From: an uncultured Acidimicrobiales bacterium
GTDB taxonomy: Bacteria > Actinomycetota > Acidimicrobiia > Acidimicrobiales > DATKAS01
NCBI GenBank assembly: GCA_963759645.1
Contig: CAVXAI010000013.1
Coordinates: forward strand, 149,571 to 213,570
Direction: 5' to 3'
DNA: 64,000 nt
Each line of letters begins with the position of its first letter. Within the stretch, counting starts at the first letter, position 1. Of this stretch, positions 39,920 to 50,549 are shown one piece after another. Below the pieces are notes generated by a model that was given only the letters and a program-made list of their open reading frames with translations, had not been told where the DNA came from and searched no databases. Both the position numbers and the translations under genes were made by a program.

Positions 39920-40654
39920 TCAACGCGCCTTCTCCGCGCGTAGGAACAACAGACGCGGGATCGTCGCGGCGGCCGCGTACTCCGCCGCGCGCGCGAGGAA
40001 GCCCGTTGGCGGCGCCGGTTCCTCCATTCGGTGGATCACGAGGCCAGCCGCCGCCATCGCGTTGACGTACCGACTGAGCGGACGGTGGATGAACGGAATG
40101 AAGACGTCCTTCTCGACTTCTTCGATCGTGCGGTCCTCGATCAGGTATTCGCCGACGCGCCAGTACTGCTCTGGGGGGTCGAGGATCTGGTCGTCGATCC
40201 AGCCGCTGTTCGGGGTCTGCAAGAGCGGATGGTTGAGGAAGAAAAGGAAGCGTCCCCCTTCAACCAGCACGCGTCCGACCTCGGCGAGCGCGCGGTCGAC
40301 GTCGTCGATGTGCTCGAACACGAGGCATGCCACCACCGCGTCGAACGATCGGGACGCAAACGGCAGGTCGGCAGCGGCCGCGCGCGCGTAACCCACCGCT
40401 CCACCGCGACGGCGAGCCACTTCGAGCTGAGCCCACGTCGGGTCGACGCCGGCGACGCGCTCGACCGGCAGCTCGGCCGCGAGACGGCTGAGCTGTCCCT
40501 CGCCACACCCCACGTCGAGCACGCGACAGGCCCCGGCCAAGTGCTCCGCGGCAAGGGGAAGGATCTGCTCCTCGTACTCGGGGTCGGCACCGTCAGTGAA
40601 CCCGTCCTGCCACCACTGGGCGTGCACCTCCCAGAGTCCGTCGCCCTCTGTCAT
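39920..40654 (-). CDS. Class I SAM-dependent methyltransferase
   Basis: VLDVGCGEG (motif I), FDAVVACLVFEHI and GGRFLFFL are present. Confidence 0.8.
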   Translation of the reverse strand: MTEGDGLWEVHAQWWQDGFTDGADPEYEEQILPLAAEHLAGACRVLDVGCGEGQLSRLAAELPVERVAGVDPTWAQLEVARRRGGAVGYARAAAADLPFASRSFDAVVACLVFEHIDDVDRALAEVGRVLVEGGRFLFFLNHPLLQTPNSGWIDDQILDPPEQYWRVGEYLIEDRTIEEVEKDVFIPFIHRPLSRYVNAMAAAGLVIHRMEEPAPPTGFLARAAEYAAAATIPRLLFLRAEKAR

Positions 40655-40664
40655 GAGCAGGCAG

Positions 40665-42530
40665 TCACGAGCGGGGCTGGTGGATCTTCGCGTGCACGGC
40701 GTCAGCGACCGCGTTGGGAAGCCACGGCAGCGCGCGCAGCGTGTCGAGCTCGGCCCGCTTGACGCTCTCCACGCCTCCCAGCTCCTTCACGAGGCGCTTG
40801 CGACGCGCTGGGCCGAGGCCGGGGATGTCGTCGAGCACGCTCTTCGTCATTCGCTTGCCGCGCAGCTCGCGGTGGAAGGTGATCGCAAAGCGGTGCGCCT
40901 CGTCGCGCAGCCGTTGCAGGAGGTAGAGCGCCTCGCTCTGACGCGGGATCGTGATCGGGTCGCTCCGCCCGGGGACATAGACCTCCTCGAAGCGCTTCGC
41001 GAGCGCCGCGACTGGGATCTCGTGTTCCAGCCCGAGCTCGTGGACGACGCGTTCGGCGACGCCGAGCTGTCCCTTTCCGCCATCCACGACGAGCAGCTGA
41101 GGCGGATAGGAGAACCGACCGGGGCGACCCGTCGTCGGACGATCTCGGTCCTCCAGATATGCGGTCAGTCGGCGGGTCAGGACTTCCTCCATCGCCGCGA
41201 AGTCATCGTTGCCGGCGACGCCTTTCACCTTGAACCGGCGGTAGTCCGACTTCTTCGGGAGCCCGTCCTCCATGACCACCATCGAACCGACGTAGTCGGT
41301 TCCCTGGATGTGGCTCATGTCGTAGCACTCGATCCGCAACGGCGCCTCGGGCAGCCCGAGGTGGTCCTGAAGCTCGTTGAGCGCGCGGGCGCGGCTGTTG
41401 TGGTCGGCGGCGCGGCGAAGCCGATGCCGTGTGAACTCCTCCTTCGCGTTTCGCGTCACGGTCTCCTGGAGCGCGCGCTTGTCGCCGCGCTGCGGCACCC
41501 GCACCGCGACGCGAGATCCTCGCATCAGGGTGAGCCACTCCTCGTACAGCTCAGTTTCCTCGGGAGCGACAGGGACGAGCACCTGCTTCGGCACGCCCTG
41601 TGGGGGCTCTTCGCCGTACAGACCTTCGAGCACACGGGCGACGAGGCCGGGCGGGGACAGGTCCTCGACCTTGTCGACGACGAATCCCTTCCGCCCGACC
41701 ACTCTCCCCCGCCGCACGTAGAAGACCTGGACTGCCGCCTCCAGGTCGTCGTCGGCGATGCCGACGACGTCAAGGTCTTCGTTGCGATCGGCCACCATCT
41801 GCTGGCGCTCGATCGCCTTCGTGACGCTGGTCAGGCGGTCCCGGAGCCGGGCAGCGCGCTCGAACTCCAACCCTTCCGCGGCCTCTCGCATGTCCCGCTC
41901 GAGCCGGCGGACAGCGCCCTCGGTGTCACCGTCGAGGAACTCGACGAGCTCGCTCACCAACCGGTCGTAGGTCTCCTTGTCGATCTCGCCGACGCACGGC
42001 CCGCTGCACTTCTCGATGTGGAAGAGCAGGCACGGCCGACCGAGGCGTTGGTGGGTGGCGAGCTTGCTTTCGCTGCACGTGCGGATCGGGAACGTGCGCA
42101 GCAGCATGTCGAGCGTGTCCCGGATGGCGTAGGCGTGCGCGTACGGGCCGAAGTACCTCACGCCCTTTCGCTTGCGGCCGCGCATGACCATCGCCCTCGG
42201 CCACTCGTCGTCGAGCGTGACCGCCAGGAACGGATAGCTCTTGTCGTCCCGCAGCCGGACGTTGAACCGGGGCCGGTGCTGCTTGATGAGGCTGTACTCG
42301 AGCATGAGCGCTTCGACCTCGTTGCGCACCTGGATCCACTCGACGGACTCCGCGGCAGCGACCATCTGAGCCGTACGCGGCGCGAGCCCCCGCGGGTCTT
42401 GGAAGTAGCTCCCGACCCGACTGCGCAGCGACGCGGCCTTGCCCACGTAGATCACACGGCCCTCGCGGTCCTTGAACTGATAGGACCCCGGGGCGTCGGG
42501 GATCGTGCCCGCAGGCGGTCGGTCGACCAT
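40665..42530 (-). CDS. uvrC: Excinuclease ABC subunit C
   Basis: The GIY-YIG motif is GSYQFKDREGRVIYVGKA. A UVR domain, an RNase-H-like domain and a C-terminal (HhH)2 are present. The start is M95 of ORF 40665..42812. Confidence 0.95.
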   Translation of the reverse strand: MVDRPPAGTIPDAPGSYQFKDREGRVIYVGKAASLRSRVGSYFQDPRGLAPRTAQMVAAAESVEWIQVRNEVEALMLEYSLIKQHRPRFNVRLRDDKSYPFLAVTLDDEWPRAMVMRGRKRKGVRYFGPYAHAYAIRDTLDMLLRTFPIRTCSESKLATHQRLGRPCLLFHIEKCSGPCVGEIDKETYDRLVSELVEFLDGDTEGAVRRLERDMREAAEGLEFERAARLRDRLTSVTKAIERQQMVADRNEDLDVVGIADDDLEAAVQVFYVRRGRVVGRKGFVVDKVEDLSPPGLVARVLEGLYGEEPPQGVPKQVLVPVAPEETELYEEWLTLMRGSRVAVRVPQRGDKRALQETVTRNAKEEFTRHRLRRAADHNSRARALNELQDHLGLPEAPLRIECYDMSHIQGTDYVGSMVVMEDGLPKKSDYRRFKVKGVAGNDDFAAMEEVLTRRLTAYLEDRDRPTTGRPGRFSYPPQLLVVDGGKGQLGVAERVVHELGLEHEIPVAALAKRFEEVYVPGRSDPITIPRQSEALYLLQRLRDEAHRFAITFHRELRGKRMTKSVLDDIPGLGPARRKRLVKELGGVESVKRAELDTLRALPWLPNAVADAVHAKIHQPRS

Positions 42531-42611
42531 GGCCCTGTCAGCCTGCCCCGAAGTCGCGCTGACTGCGTACACTTGACTCCACGCCGGCCTGGTCTCCGGC
42601 GCCATATGCAA

Positions 42612-42692
42612 GCTCTGGGGCCGACATCCCCGTGGAGGGCGACCAGGCTGTCCCCACCGGCCGCAACCAGAGCCTTTCCCCCAAGGGGAGGA
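42612..42692 (+). promoter_or_regulatory. Candidate structured nadA leader: ACANCCCC-containing tandem elements plus an SD-sequestering hairpin (possible NAD+-I / nadA-motif-like riboswitch)
   Basis: ACATCCCC is at 42624-42631 inside CUGG...CCAG. A second UGUCCCC is at 42649-42655 inside GGCU...AGCC. A 7-bp hairpin tttcccc/ggggagg at 42675-42691 covers the GGAGGA located 10 nt upstream of the ATG at 42703. Confidence 0.3.
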
Positions 42693-42702
42693 CAACCCAG
42701 CG

Positions 42703-43819
42703 ATGTTGCGGATCCAGACCCCCCTGCCGGAGGGGTACACCGGCGCCGACCCCGACGATCTCGCAACGCGGATCGGCGCGGCCAAGGCCGCCCTCGGTAC
42801 CCGGCTCTTCATCCTCGGCCACCACTACCAGCGCGAGGAAGTGATGCGATGGGCCGACGCACGAGGCGACTCGTTCCGCCTGTCGGTGCTCGCGCAGCAG
42901 CAGCACGACGCCGAGTTCATCGTCTTCTGCGGTGTCCACTTCATGGCGGAGTCCGCCGACGTCCTCACGGCCGACCATCAGAAGGTCATCCTCCCGGACC
43001 TGAATGCCGGTTGCTCGATGGCAGACATGGCCGACATCGACTCGGTGGAGGAGGCCTGGGACGCCGCTCGAGCGAGTGATCGACATCGATCAGCTGGTCC
43101 CGATCACCTACATGAACTCCTCGGCGGCGCTGAAGGCGTTCGTCGGCCGTCACGGCGGCGCCGTGTGCACATCCACGAACGCGCGGGCCGTGCTCGAGTG
43201 GGCGTTCCGACCGCGTGACGACGGGGGCGCTGGCGGATCGAAGGTGTTGTTCTTCCCCGATCAGCACCTCGGTCGCAACACCGGCCTGGCGATGGGCTAC
43301 TCCCACGAGGACATGCGCGTCTGGAATCCCCACCGCGAGCGGGGCGGCCTCACCGAGGCGGAGTGCAAGGAGACGACCTTCCTCCTGTGGCGCGGGCACT
43401 GCTCGGTGCATCAGCGCTTCCGGCCGGAGCACATCGACGCGTTCCGCGAGACCTACCCCGAAGGCATCGTCGTCGCCCACCCGGAGTGCAGCTACGAGGT
43501 CTGCGAGAAGGCCGACCAAGTCGGCTCGACCGACTTCATCATCCGCGCCGTCGATGCCGCGCCGCCCGGCGCGGTCATCGGCGTTGCCACCGAGATCCAC
43601 CTGGTCCAGCGGCTCGACGAGGAGACGCCGGACAAGACAGTCGTCTCGCTCGACCCACTCGTGTGTCCGTGCTCGACCATGTTCCGCATCGACGCCGCCC
43701 ACCTCTGCTGGGTTCTCGAGAACCTCGTCAACGGCCGGGTCGTCAACCAGATCACCGTGGACGCGGAGACCGCCGATGCCGCGAAGGTTGCTCTCGAGCG
43801 CATGCTCGCGATCACCTGA
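42703..43819 (+). CDS. nadA: Quinolinate synthase; frameshift near 43070
   Basis: The sequence MLRIQTPLPEGY...FILGHHYQREEV...FCGVHFMAESADVL...LNAGCSMADMA joins to VPITYMNSSAALKAFVG...AHPEC...PLVCPCSTM. Confidence 0.9.
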
Positions 43820-43883
43820 CTCAACGAGATCGACTGTCTGCCGACAGTAGGCTGAGCCCGTTCGCGAGCCTGGAGGCGCCGTC

Positions 43884-44843
43884 GTGAGCCAGACCGTCCC
43901 CCATGACGCACCCATCTTCGTGGCCGGGCACCGAGGCCTGGTCGGATCGGCCGTGCTCCGTCGCCTCGAGTCGGGCGGCTTCACGAACATCATCACGGCG
44001 AGCCGTGACCAGCTCGACCTGAGGGATCAGGCTGCTGTCAACTACTGGTTCCGTGCACACCGGCCTGAGTACGTGTACCTGGTCGCCGGCACGGTGGGCG
44101 GCATCCTGGCGAACAGCACACGCCCCGCAGAGTTCATCTACGACAACATGATGATCCACGCGACCGTCGTGCAGGCCAGCTACGTCCACTCGGTGTCGAA
44201 GCTCCTGTACCTCGGCAGCTCGTGCATCTATCCGCGCAACGCGGACCAACCCATGACCGAAGACGCGCTGTTGACCGGTCCGCTCGAACCCACCAACGAG
44301 CCTTACGCCATCGCCAAGATCGCGGGCATCAAGCTCTGCCAGTCGTACCGCACGCAGTACGGCGCGAACTTCATCTCGGCGATGCCGACGAACCTCTACG
44401 GGCCGAACGACAACTTCGACCTACAGAGCAGCCACGTTCTCCCCGCGCTTGTGCGCAAGTTCCACGACGCGAAGGTCACAGGCGCGCCCACTGTCACGAT
44501 CTGGGGAACGGGCACTCCACTTCGCGAATTCCTCCATGTCGATGATCTCGCGGATGCGTGTGTCTTCCTCATGGAGAGCTACGAGGGCGCGCAGCACATC
44601 AACGTGGGTACGGGCGTCGATCTATCGATCCGAGACCTGGCCGAGATCGTCCGCGACGTCGTCTACCCAGACGCGACACTCGAGTTCGACACGACGAAGC
44701 CAGACGGTGCCCCCCGAAAGCTGCTCGACGTCACGCGACTCAATGAGCTCGGCTGGAAGGCGTCCATCGAGCTGCGCGCTGGCATCGAGTCGACCTACGC
44801 GTGGTTCTTGGAGCACTACCGGGTCTCCGTGTCGACACCCTGA
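43884..44843 (+). CDS. fcl: GDP-L-fucose synthase (GDP-4-keto-6-deoxymannose 3,5-epimerase/4-reductase)
   Basis: [28 protein letters not shown] (YxxxK) and [12 protein letters not shown] are present. The ORF is an intact 319 aa. Confidence 0.9.
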   Translation: MSQTVPHDAPIFVAGHRGLVGSAVLRRLESGGFTNIITASRDQLDLRDQAAVNYWFRAHRPEYVYLVAGTVGGILANSTRPAEFIYDNMMIHATVVQASYVHSVSKLLYLGSSCIYPRNADQPMTEDALLTGPLEPTNEPYAIAKIAGIKLCQSYRTQYGANFISAMPTNLYGPNDNFDLQSSHVLPALVRKFHDAKVTGAPTVTIWGTGTPLREFLHVDDLADACVFLMESYEGAQHINVGTGVDLSIRDLAEIVRDVVYPDATLEFDTTKPDGAPRKLLDVTRLNELGWKASIELRAGIESTYAWFLEHYRVSVSTP

Positions 44844-44852
44844 CGTGCGTCG

Positions 44853-46250
44853 ATGAGGACGCAGGACATAGCTGTCGAGCCATCGGGGTCGGCCGCGGTG
44901 CCGTCCCCGGCGGCTGACAGAGGGAGCGCGCCGCAGGGTTTGGCCAGCCGCACCCGAGTCGCGTTGAAGGGAGGGGTGGCGCTCAGCGCCCACCGTGGGC
45001 TCTCGCTCGCCGCCGGGCTCCTGATGATCCCGTTTGCGGCGCACACACTGCCAGTCGAGGAATTCGGGCCGTGGCTCCTCCTGAGCACGATCCCCGCGCT
45101 GCTCGGCTTTCTCGACCTCGGCCTCGCAAACGGGTTGGTCACGCTGATCGCGACCGAATCCGCCCGCGGCGCGGCAGGCCGCGCGAGCATCCATCGCTAC
45201 GTTTCGTCGGCCACGTACATGCTCGCGGCGCTCGGGCTGATGATCGCTGTCGCGCTCGGCCTCACGGTGAGCATCCTCGACCTTCGTTCAGCCATGGGAG
45301 CCTCCGAAGTCGTCCCGCGGGACGACTTTGCACTCGGCCTTCTCATCATCGTGGTGTCGGTCGCCACGTTGATTCCCCTCTCCGTAGCCCAGCGCGTCGG
45401 TCAGGGCCTCCAGCAGATGCACGTGGTCGGCGTGACGGGAGTCGCGGGCGCGGTCGTCCAGCTCATCGCCGCGTGTGTATGCGCGGTCACCGGGGCAGGG
45501 TTCGCCTGGTTCGTGTTCACGTCCTGCGTCGGACTGCTCGCATCGGCCTTGCTCGCCTGGGTCGTGATCTTCCGACGCATCGCCCCCGACCTCCGTCCCT
45601 CTCGCCGCCTCGTCAACCGGGACGCGGCGCGCCTCGTTCGTCGGCGTGGAGGCGCCTTTTTCGTGCTCGGCGTCGCCGCCGCGATCGGATTCCAGACCGA
45701 CGCGCTCGTGATCTCGAGCCGTCTTGGAGTCGAGGCAGTCCCGGAGTACGCCGCGCCTTACCGCCTCTTTGCGATCGCGCCGGCCCTCATCACCCTCTTC
45801 GCGCTTCCCCTCTGGGCAGCGCACGCTGACGCGTTCGCCCGCGGCGAGATCCACTGGACCCGACGCATGCTTCGACGCTCGACGCTCGCCGCCGGCATGC
45901 TCGCGCTCACGGTAACTGCGGCACTCGTGCTGGTCGTTCGTCCCGTTCTCTCGGCGACGCTTGGAGATTCGGACCCGAACCCTCGACTCGCCTTGTTGCT
46001 TGCAATCGGCGCAACGGGAGTCGTGATCAGCCTCAGCCAGCCCCTCGCCATGTTGCTGAATGCGGCGAACGTCCTTCGCTTCCAGGTGGTGATCGCAATC
46101 CTCATGTGCGTCAGCAACCTTGCTCTCTCGCTCATCCTGGTGGAGAGCATCGGCGTCGCCGGGCCACCACTCGCCACGGCTATCGCCCAGACCGTCTGTG
46201 TGCTCGTGCCGTCGCTGATCTACATCCGGCGGATGGAGCGCGTGACATGA
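44853..46250 (+). CDS. Polysaccharide flippase (Wzx-like, MOP superfamily)
   Basis: 465 aa with about 12-14 TM helices and the typical layout. It sits inside a glycan cluster. Confidence 0.7.
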   Translation: MRTQDIAVEPSGSAAVPSPAADRGSAPQGLASRTRVALKGGVALSAHRGLSLAAGLLMIPFAAHTLPVEEFGPWLLLSTIPALLGFLDLGLANGLVTLIATESARGAAGRASIHRYVSSATYMLAALGLMIAVALGLTVSILDLRSAMGASEVVPRDDFALGLLIIVVSVATLIPLSVAQRVGQGLQQMHVVGVTGVAGAVVQLIAACVCAVTGAGFAWFVFTSCVGLLASALLAWVVIFRRIAPDLRPSRRLVNRDAARLVRRRGGAFFVLGVAAAIGFQTDALVISSRLGVEAVPEYAAPYRLFAIAPALITLFALPLWAAHADAFARGEIHWTRRMLRRSTLAAGMLALTVTAALVLVVRPVLSATLGDSDPNPRLALLLAIGATGVVISLSQPLAMLLNAANVLRFQVVIAILMCVSNLALSLILVESIGVAGPPLATAIAQTVCVLVPSLIYIRRMERVT

Positions 46251-47187
46251 GCGTCAGCGAACCAGATCGGTTGGGTCAGCTCATATCGGAGGCCCTCGTC
46301 CGCACCGCCTCGGGCGAACGAGGCAGAGCGCCACGGAGGGTTCGCGCGAGGCTCGTCGGGCGCTGGTTGCGCTTCGTGACCCCGTGGTTCGTTATTCCTT
46401 GCTCGGCTCGGAGCTTCGTCTCCGGTTGTCACACGATCTGCCCGTGCACCGAGCCGAGCACCCGGGGTATTCCGACAACCTTCGGCGGGTCGCGACCAGA
46501 GTGAACGAGAAGCACCCAGACACGACAGCGGTGGACGTCGGAGCGAACATCGGCGACTCGGTGTTGTTCCTGCGCAGCGCTGGATACGAGCAGATCATCG
46601 CGATCGAACCAGCGCCTGAGTTCCTTCCCCTCCTTCGGCGGAACGTGGGCGCGCTCTCCGGCGTCGTGGTCGAGGAGGTCATGCTGGCTGGGTCAGCGCG
46701 TGCTCTACACGGATCGATCGTGACGCGACGCGGCACCGGACACTGGGTGGATGGAGGGGAAGTCGTCCGCACGGCCACTCTCGACGACCTCATGACCCGA
46801 CACCGAGACCTCGGGCCGGTCTCACTGGTCAAGACCGACACCGACGGGTTCGATCTGGACATCCTGCACGGTGCCGAGACGACGTTGGCAGGTTGCCCGA
46901 CGCTCTTCTTCGAATATGACCCGCGGCGCTGGGCCCTCGCACCGTCGAGCGGACTCGACTTCATCGCGTGGCTCGAGTCTCTCGGCTACGGATCGCTCCT
47001 CTTCTACGACGGCGTCGGCACTCTCGTCACCACGACCGACATCGGGGATACTCGCCGGCACCAGGAGCTCGACGCCTACGCCAGGACGACCAGCGTCCCG
47101 TACTTCTACTTCGACATCGCGGCCTTCTCACGAGACGACGCCGACGTAGCCGATGCCGTAAGGGCCGGCGAGCTCCCGCCGCATTGA
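46247..47187 (+). CDS. FkbM-family methyltransferase; frameshift near 46385
   Basis: The ATG at 46247 overlaps the flippase stop. VDVGANIGDS and LVKTDTDGFDLDIL are present. Confidence 0.75.
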
Positions 47188-47198
47188 GCAGTCGAGCG

Positions 47199-48122
47199 AT
47201 GCCCACGTTGACGATCTTCAGTGCGCCAAAGTCGTTCGTGGGCGCAGCAAAAACGAATCAACGCAACGCCGTGTGGAGCTGGACGCAGCTCGGTCCTGAG
47301 GTCGAGATCATTCTCATCGGCGACGAGGAGGGAATCGAGTCCACCAGTCGCGACCTCGGCACGCGCCATGAACCCGAGGTCGCTCGAAGCGCTGCTGGAG
47401 TTCCTCTCCTCGACGACCTGTTTCGGCGAGGGCAGGCAGCGGCACGAGCGGACACGTGCATGTTCATCAACGCGGACGTCGTGGTCGGTCCCGACTTGCT
47501 CGCCGCAGTGAAGGCGGCGACGGCATGGGCGGACCGCTTCCTCCTCGTGGGGCAGCGTTGGGACACGCCGATCGACCATCTTCTCGAGCAACGCGGCGCC
47601 CGGTGGTGGGATGAGACGAGGGCACACGCCGTCGCTAAGGGCCGGCTCAACTCACCGCTCTGGATCGACTACTTCGTCTTCCCGCGCGGCCAGTACGAAG
47701 ATCTCCCGCCGTTTGTGATCGGTCGCCCCGGCTATGACAACTGGATCATTTGGCACACCCGCACGCGCCACATACCGGTGATCGACGTGTCGAGCACGGT
47801 CGTGGTGGTCCACCAGCGGCACGGCTATTCGCAGTACGGGGGGACGAAGGTCCACGTCTGGTCGGAAGACGCTCAGCACAACGCCGACCTCATAGGTGAT
47901 CGACGAAGGCTGTTCACGATCGGGCACGCGACGCACCGCACCACGGCACGGGGCATCGAACCAGCGCGGGGCCCCAAGTACACGGCGGCCCGCCTCTACA
48001 CACGATCGCGTCCGATCATCGACGCGACTGCTAAGGCGCGGCACCGGCTCGGCATCAATGCAGAACTCGTTCAGCGGCTCGTCGCCCCGCTCCGCCGTCA
48101 CCAGCAACGCGAGAATCTCTGA
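47199..48122 (+). CDS. Uncharacterised putative GT-A-fold glycosyltransferase
   Basis: MPTLTIFSAPKSF...CMFINADVVV...YFVFPRG...GRPGYDNWII are present. The context is a glycan cluster. The family assignment is tentative. Confidence 0.45.
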   Translation: MPTLTIFSAPKSFVGAAKTNQRNAVWSWTQLGPEVEIILIGDEEGIESTSRDLGTRHEPEVARSAAGVPLLDDLFRRGQAAARADTCMFINADVVVGPDLLAAVKAATAWADRFLLVGQRWDTPIDHLLEQRGARWWDETRAHAVAKGRLNSPLWIDYFVFPRGQYEDLPPFVIGRPGYDNWIIWHTRTRHIPVIDVSSTVVVVHQRHGYSQYGGTKVHVWSEDAQHNADLIGDRRRLFTIGHATHRTTARGIEPARGPKYTAARLYTRSRPIIDATAKARHRLGINAELVQRLVAPLRRHQQRENL

Positions 48123-48139
48123 GTCAGCTCCGCGGCCGA

Positions 48140-49150
48140 TCAGCCATGGCGGTGTTCGGCTCCCGCTTTCTCGCCGATGAAGCCGGCGAGGGTGCCGACC
48201 CACCAGCTCGAGCCATAGGTCGCGATGCCGCACAGGGCCACGGCGCGCTCGCGCATGCCTCCCGCGGGACCGGGACAGCCAGCCGCCTCGAGCGTGAGCG
48301 CGGAGGCGCCCGCTACCACGACTGTCGGGACCGCCCCCCAGCGTCGCCACACCACGGCTCCAGCGATCATCGCGGCCGGGGGCATCGCGAGGAGCGCTAC
48401 CTGGCGCGCGAGCGGACGGCGCCCGCGGGCCCACCACGTGCCCTTGACCCTTCCGAAGTACCAGTGCTGGCGAGCGAGCGCCAGAAACGTGGCGCGGGCG
48501 AGGTAGCCAGATTGGAGCCGCGCGTCGAACCAGACGAGCTGCCCTGACTTGATGTACCGCTGGCTCAGCTCGAAGTCTTCGTTCAGCGCAGTTGCGTCAT
48601 CCCATCCGCCGAGAGCACGCAGCTCATCGGTGCGAAATGCCCCCATCCACACGTGTTCCGCTGCCGCCGATGCCGTAGCTCTCCGGTACCGCGAGAAGCC
48701 ACTCGTGATGCGATTGCGCTGCGCTCGGGCCAACCCCACATCGACCGGGCGCGACGTCCGCGGCGTCGCCACCTGCGCTCCCCCGATCTCCCCCACCTCG
48801 GGCCGCTCGGCCAGCACGCGCACGCACGTACCGACGTAGTGGGCCTGCACTCGGCTCCGGGCATCGATGCGCACGACGATCTCACCGGCCGCGTCGGCGA
48901 GCCCGACGTTCAGCGCACATGAGGTGCGACGACGAGGGTTGCCGAGCGCTCGAAAGCTCTTGAAGCCGTATCGGGCAGCGGCCTCCCCCGCCCGCGACAC
49001 AGTTCCGTCCTCGCTCTCGCCGTCCACAAGGATCACCTCGATGGACGAGAGTGGGTAGTCCTGCGCCCCGAGGGTGTCGATGCATCCGGAGATGTCCTCG
49101 GCCTCGTTCAATGCGGGGATGATGACCGAGACGAGGGGGACCTCTGTCAC
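48140..49150 (-). CDS. GT2-family glycosyltransferase
   Basis: VSVIIPALNEAEDI, LVDGESEDGT and a DAR...ED acceptor loop are present. TM helices lie at the C-terminus. Confidence 0.85.
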   Translation of the reverse strand: MTEVPLVSVIIPALNEAEDISGCIDTLGAQDYPLSSIEVILVDGESEDGTVSRAGEAAARYGFKSFRALGNPRRRTSCALNVGLADAAGEIVVRIDARSRVQAHYVGTCVRVLAERPEVGEIGGAQVATPRTSRPVDVGLARAQRNRITSGFSRYRRATASAAAEHVWMGAFRTDELRALGGWDDATALNEDFELSQRYIKSGQLVWFDARLQSGYLARATFLALARQHWYFGRVKGTWWARGRRPLARQVALLAMPPAAMIAGAVVWRRWGAVPTVVVAGASALTLEAAGCPGPAGGMRERAVALCGIATYGSSWWVGTLAGFIGEKAGAEHRHG

Positions 49151-50469
49151 CGCCCCTGCCTCTGCACCACACTGCGGAGCGTGCGCCCGATGATGCGCAG
49201 GTCCATCGTGAGGCGCTGATGCCGCAAGTAGAAGAAGTCGTACTGCAGACCTTCGAGCGCTTCGGCGTCGGAGCCGGCGTACCCGAATTTCACCTGGCGC
49301 CAGCCGGTCATGCCCGGGCGGACCAGGTGGCGCAGGTCGTAGAACGGGATCTTCTCGACGAGCTCCTCGACATACGACGGCTGCTCGGGCCGTGGCCCGA
49401 CAATCGACAGGTCGCCGCGGATGACGTTCAGCAGCTGAGGGAGCTCGTCGAGGTGAGTGGTCCGGAGGAACCGTCCGACGCGCGTGATCCGAGGATCGTC
49501 GTCCGACGTCCAGACGGTGACCGCTCCGGGCAGATCACGCATCGACCGAAACTTCCAGATGGTGAACGCCCGGCCTGACTTCCCCACGCGGGGTTGCCGG
49601 AAGAACATCGGCCCCCGGTTCCCGAAGCGGTTCGCGACCGCGACCATCGGAAGCGCCAGGAGCAAGATCGGCACACACGCGACAGCGAGCACGATGTCGA
49701 ACAACCGCTTCACACGGCTGTAGCTGTCGCGATGGATCTCGCCGATGTCGAACATCAGCGAGACGCGCTCGAGCTCACCCAGCGGCAATTTGCCAAGCCA
49801 CTGGTCGTAGAAGAGCGAGACCGTGCGGATGCGCGCGCCCCGCTCATGCAGAAGCGCCGCCTGCGCGACGATGTGCTCGTCAGCCTGCGCCTCCCGATCC
49901 AGCACGAGCAGAGTGGCGTTCACCGCGGTTGCGGCGGCCACGAGCGGGAGACCGTCACCTGTTGAGCGAGCGTCAGCGCATGTCAGCACCCTCACGAGCT
50001 GGGCGGGCCGCTCAGGGCGACCTTCGAGCTCGTCGGCGAGCAGCTGCCCTTCGTCGAGCCGTCCAACGAACAGCAGCCTCTCTCGATCCTCTGCCCGACT
50101 GCGCGCGTGCCGGGCGAGCGTCGCGCAGAACGCGAACCACGGCACGAGGATCAGACCTGCGCCGAAGACCACCAACCTCGGCAGCAAGACGCTGTTCGTG
50201 AGGAGCTGCGCGACGGAGACTCCGAGCGCACCGACGACGCAAGCGGTGACGCTCGCGGCCCACGCGGCGCGCCGAGTCCGCAGGACCTCGGGCAGACCTA
50301 CCGAGTACGAGGAGACCGCGAGGAGGATGACGTAGGCCGCCGACCACCCGAACCGGTATGAGCCGGTGTAGTCGTAGACGTGGCGGACGGCGTGCAGCTT
50401 GCCGAGCCCGAAGACCGCGACGACGATCCCCGCGTACTGGAGCGGGCGCGCGAAACGGGCCATAGCCAC
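49147..50469 (-). CDS. Polyprenyl-phosphate sugar-phosphate transferase (WbaP/exopolysaccharide priming enzyme)
   Basis: KRLFDIVLA, PMFFRQPRVGKSGRAFTIWKFRSM and DELPQLLNVIRGDLSIVGPRP are present. Confidence 0.9.
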   Translation of the reverse strand: MAMARFARPLQYAGIVVAVFGLGKLHAVRHVYDYTGSYRFGWSAAYVILLAVSSYSVGLPEVLRTRRAAWAASVTACVVGALGVSVAQLLTNSVLLPRLVVFGAGLILVPWFAFCATLARHARSRAEDRERLLFVGRLDEGQLLADELEGRPERPAQLVRVLTCADARSTGDGLPLVAAATAVNATLLVLDREAQADEHIVAQAALLHERGARIRTVSLFYDQWLGKLPLGELERVSLMFDIGEIHRDSYSRVKRLFDIVLAVACVPILLLALPMVAVANRFGNRGPMFFRQPRVGKSGRAFTIWKFRSMRDLPGAVTVWTSDDDPRITRVGRFLRTTHLDELPQLLNVIRGDLSIVGPRPEQPSYVEELVEKIPFYDLRHLVRPGMTGWRQVKFGYAGSDAEALEGLQYDFFYLRHQRLTMDLRIIGRTLRSVVQRQGR

Positions 50470-50549
50470 CTTTCCATCATCGGCAGGGGGTCGCGCGCAA
50501 TGAGCCGGAAGGCCCTTTCACCCTCCGTGGTCGCCCGCAGGCCACATGC

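Noticed and set aside
37249-40065. A 938-aa ORF on the plus strand. Similar giant ORFs occur at 33309..35804 (+), 40596..43079 (+), 56497..58101 (+) and 50565..52121 (+).
   Set aside because: These are antisense shadow ORFs, typical of high-GC DNA. Their translations are R/A/G/P/D-rich and low in complexity. The opposite strand encodes well-conserved pgk/gap/rapZ, oppA/B, uvrC, uvrB and uvrA.
43832-43849. The hairpin ACTGTC-tgcc-GACAGT after nadA as a terminator.
   Set aside because: The stem is only 6 bp and has no T tract. fcl starts 35 nt later with its own RBS. This is too weak to call.
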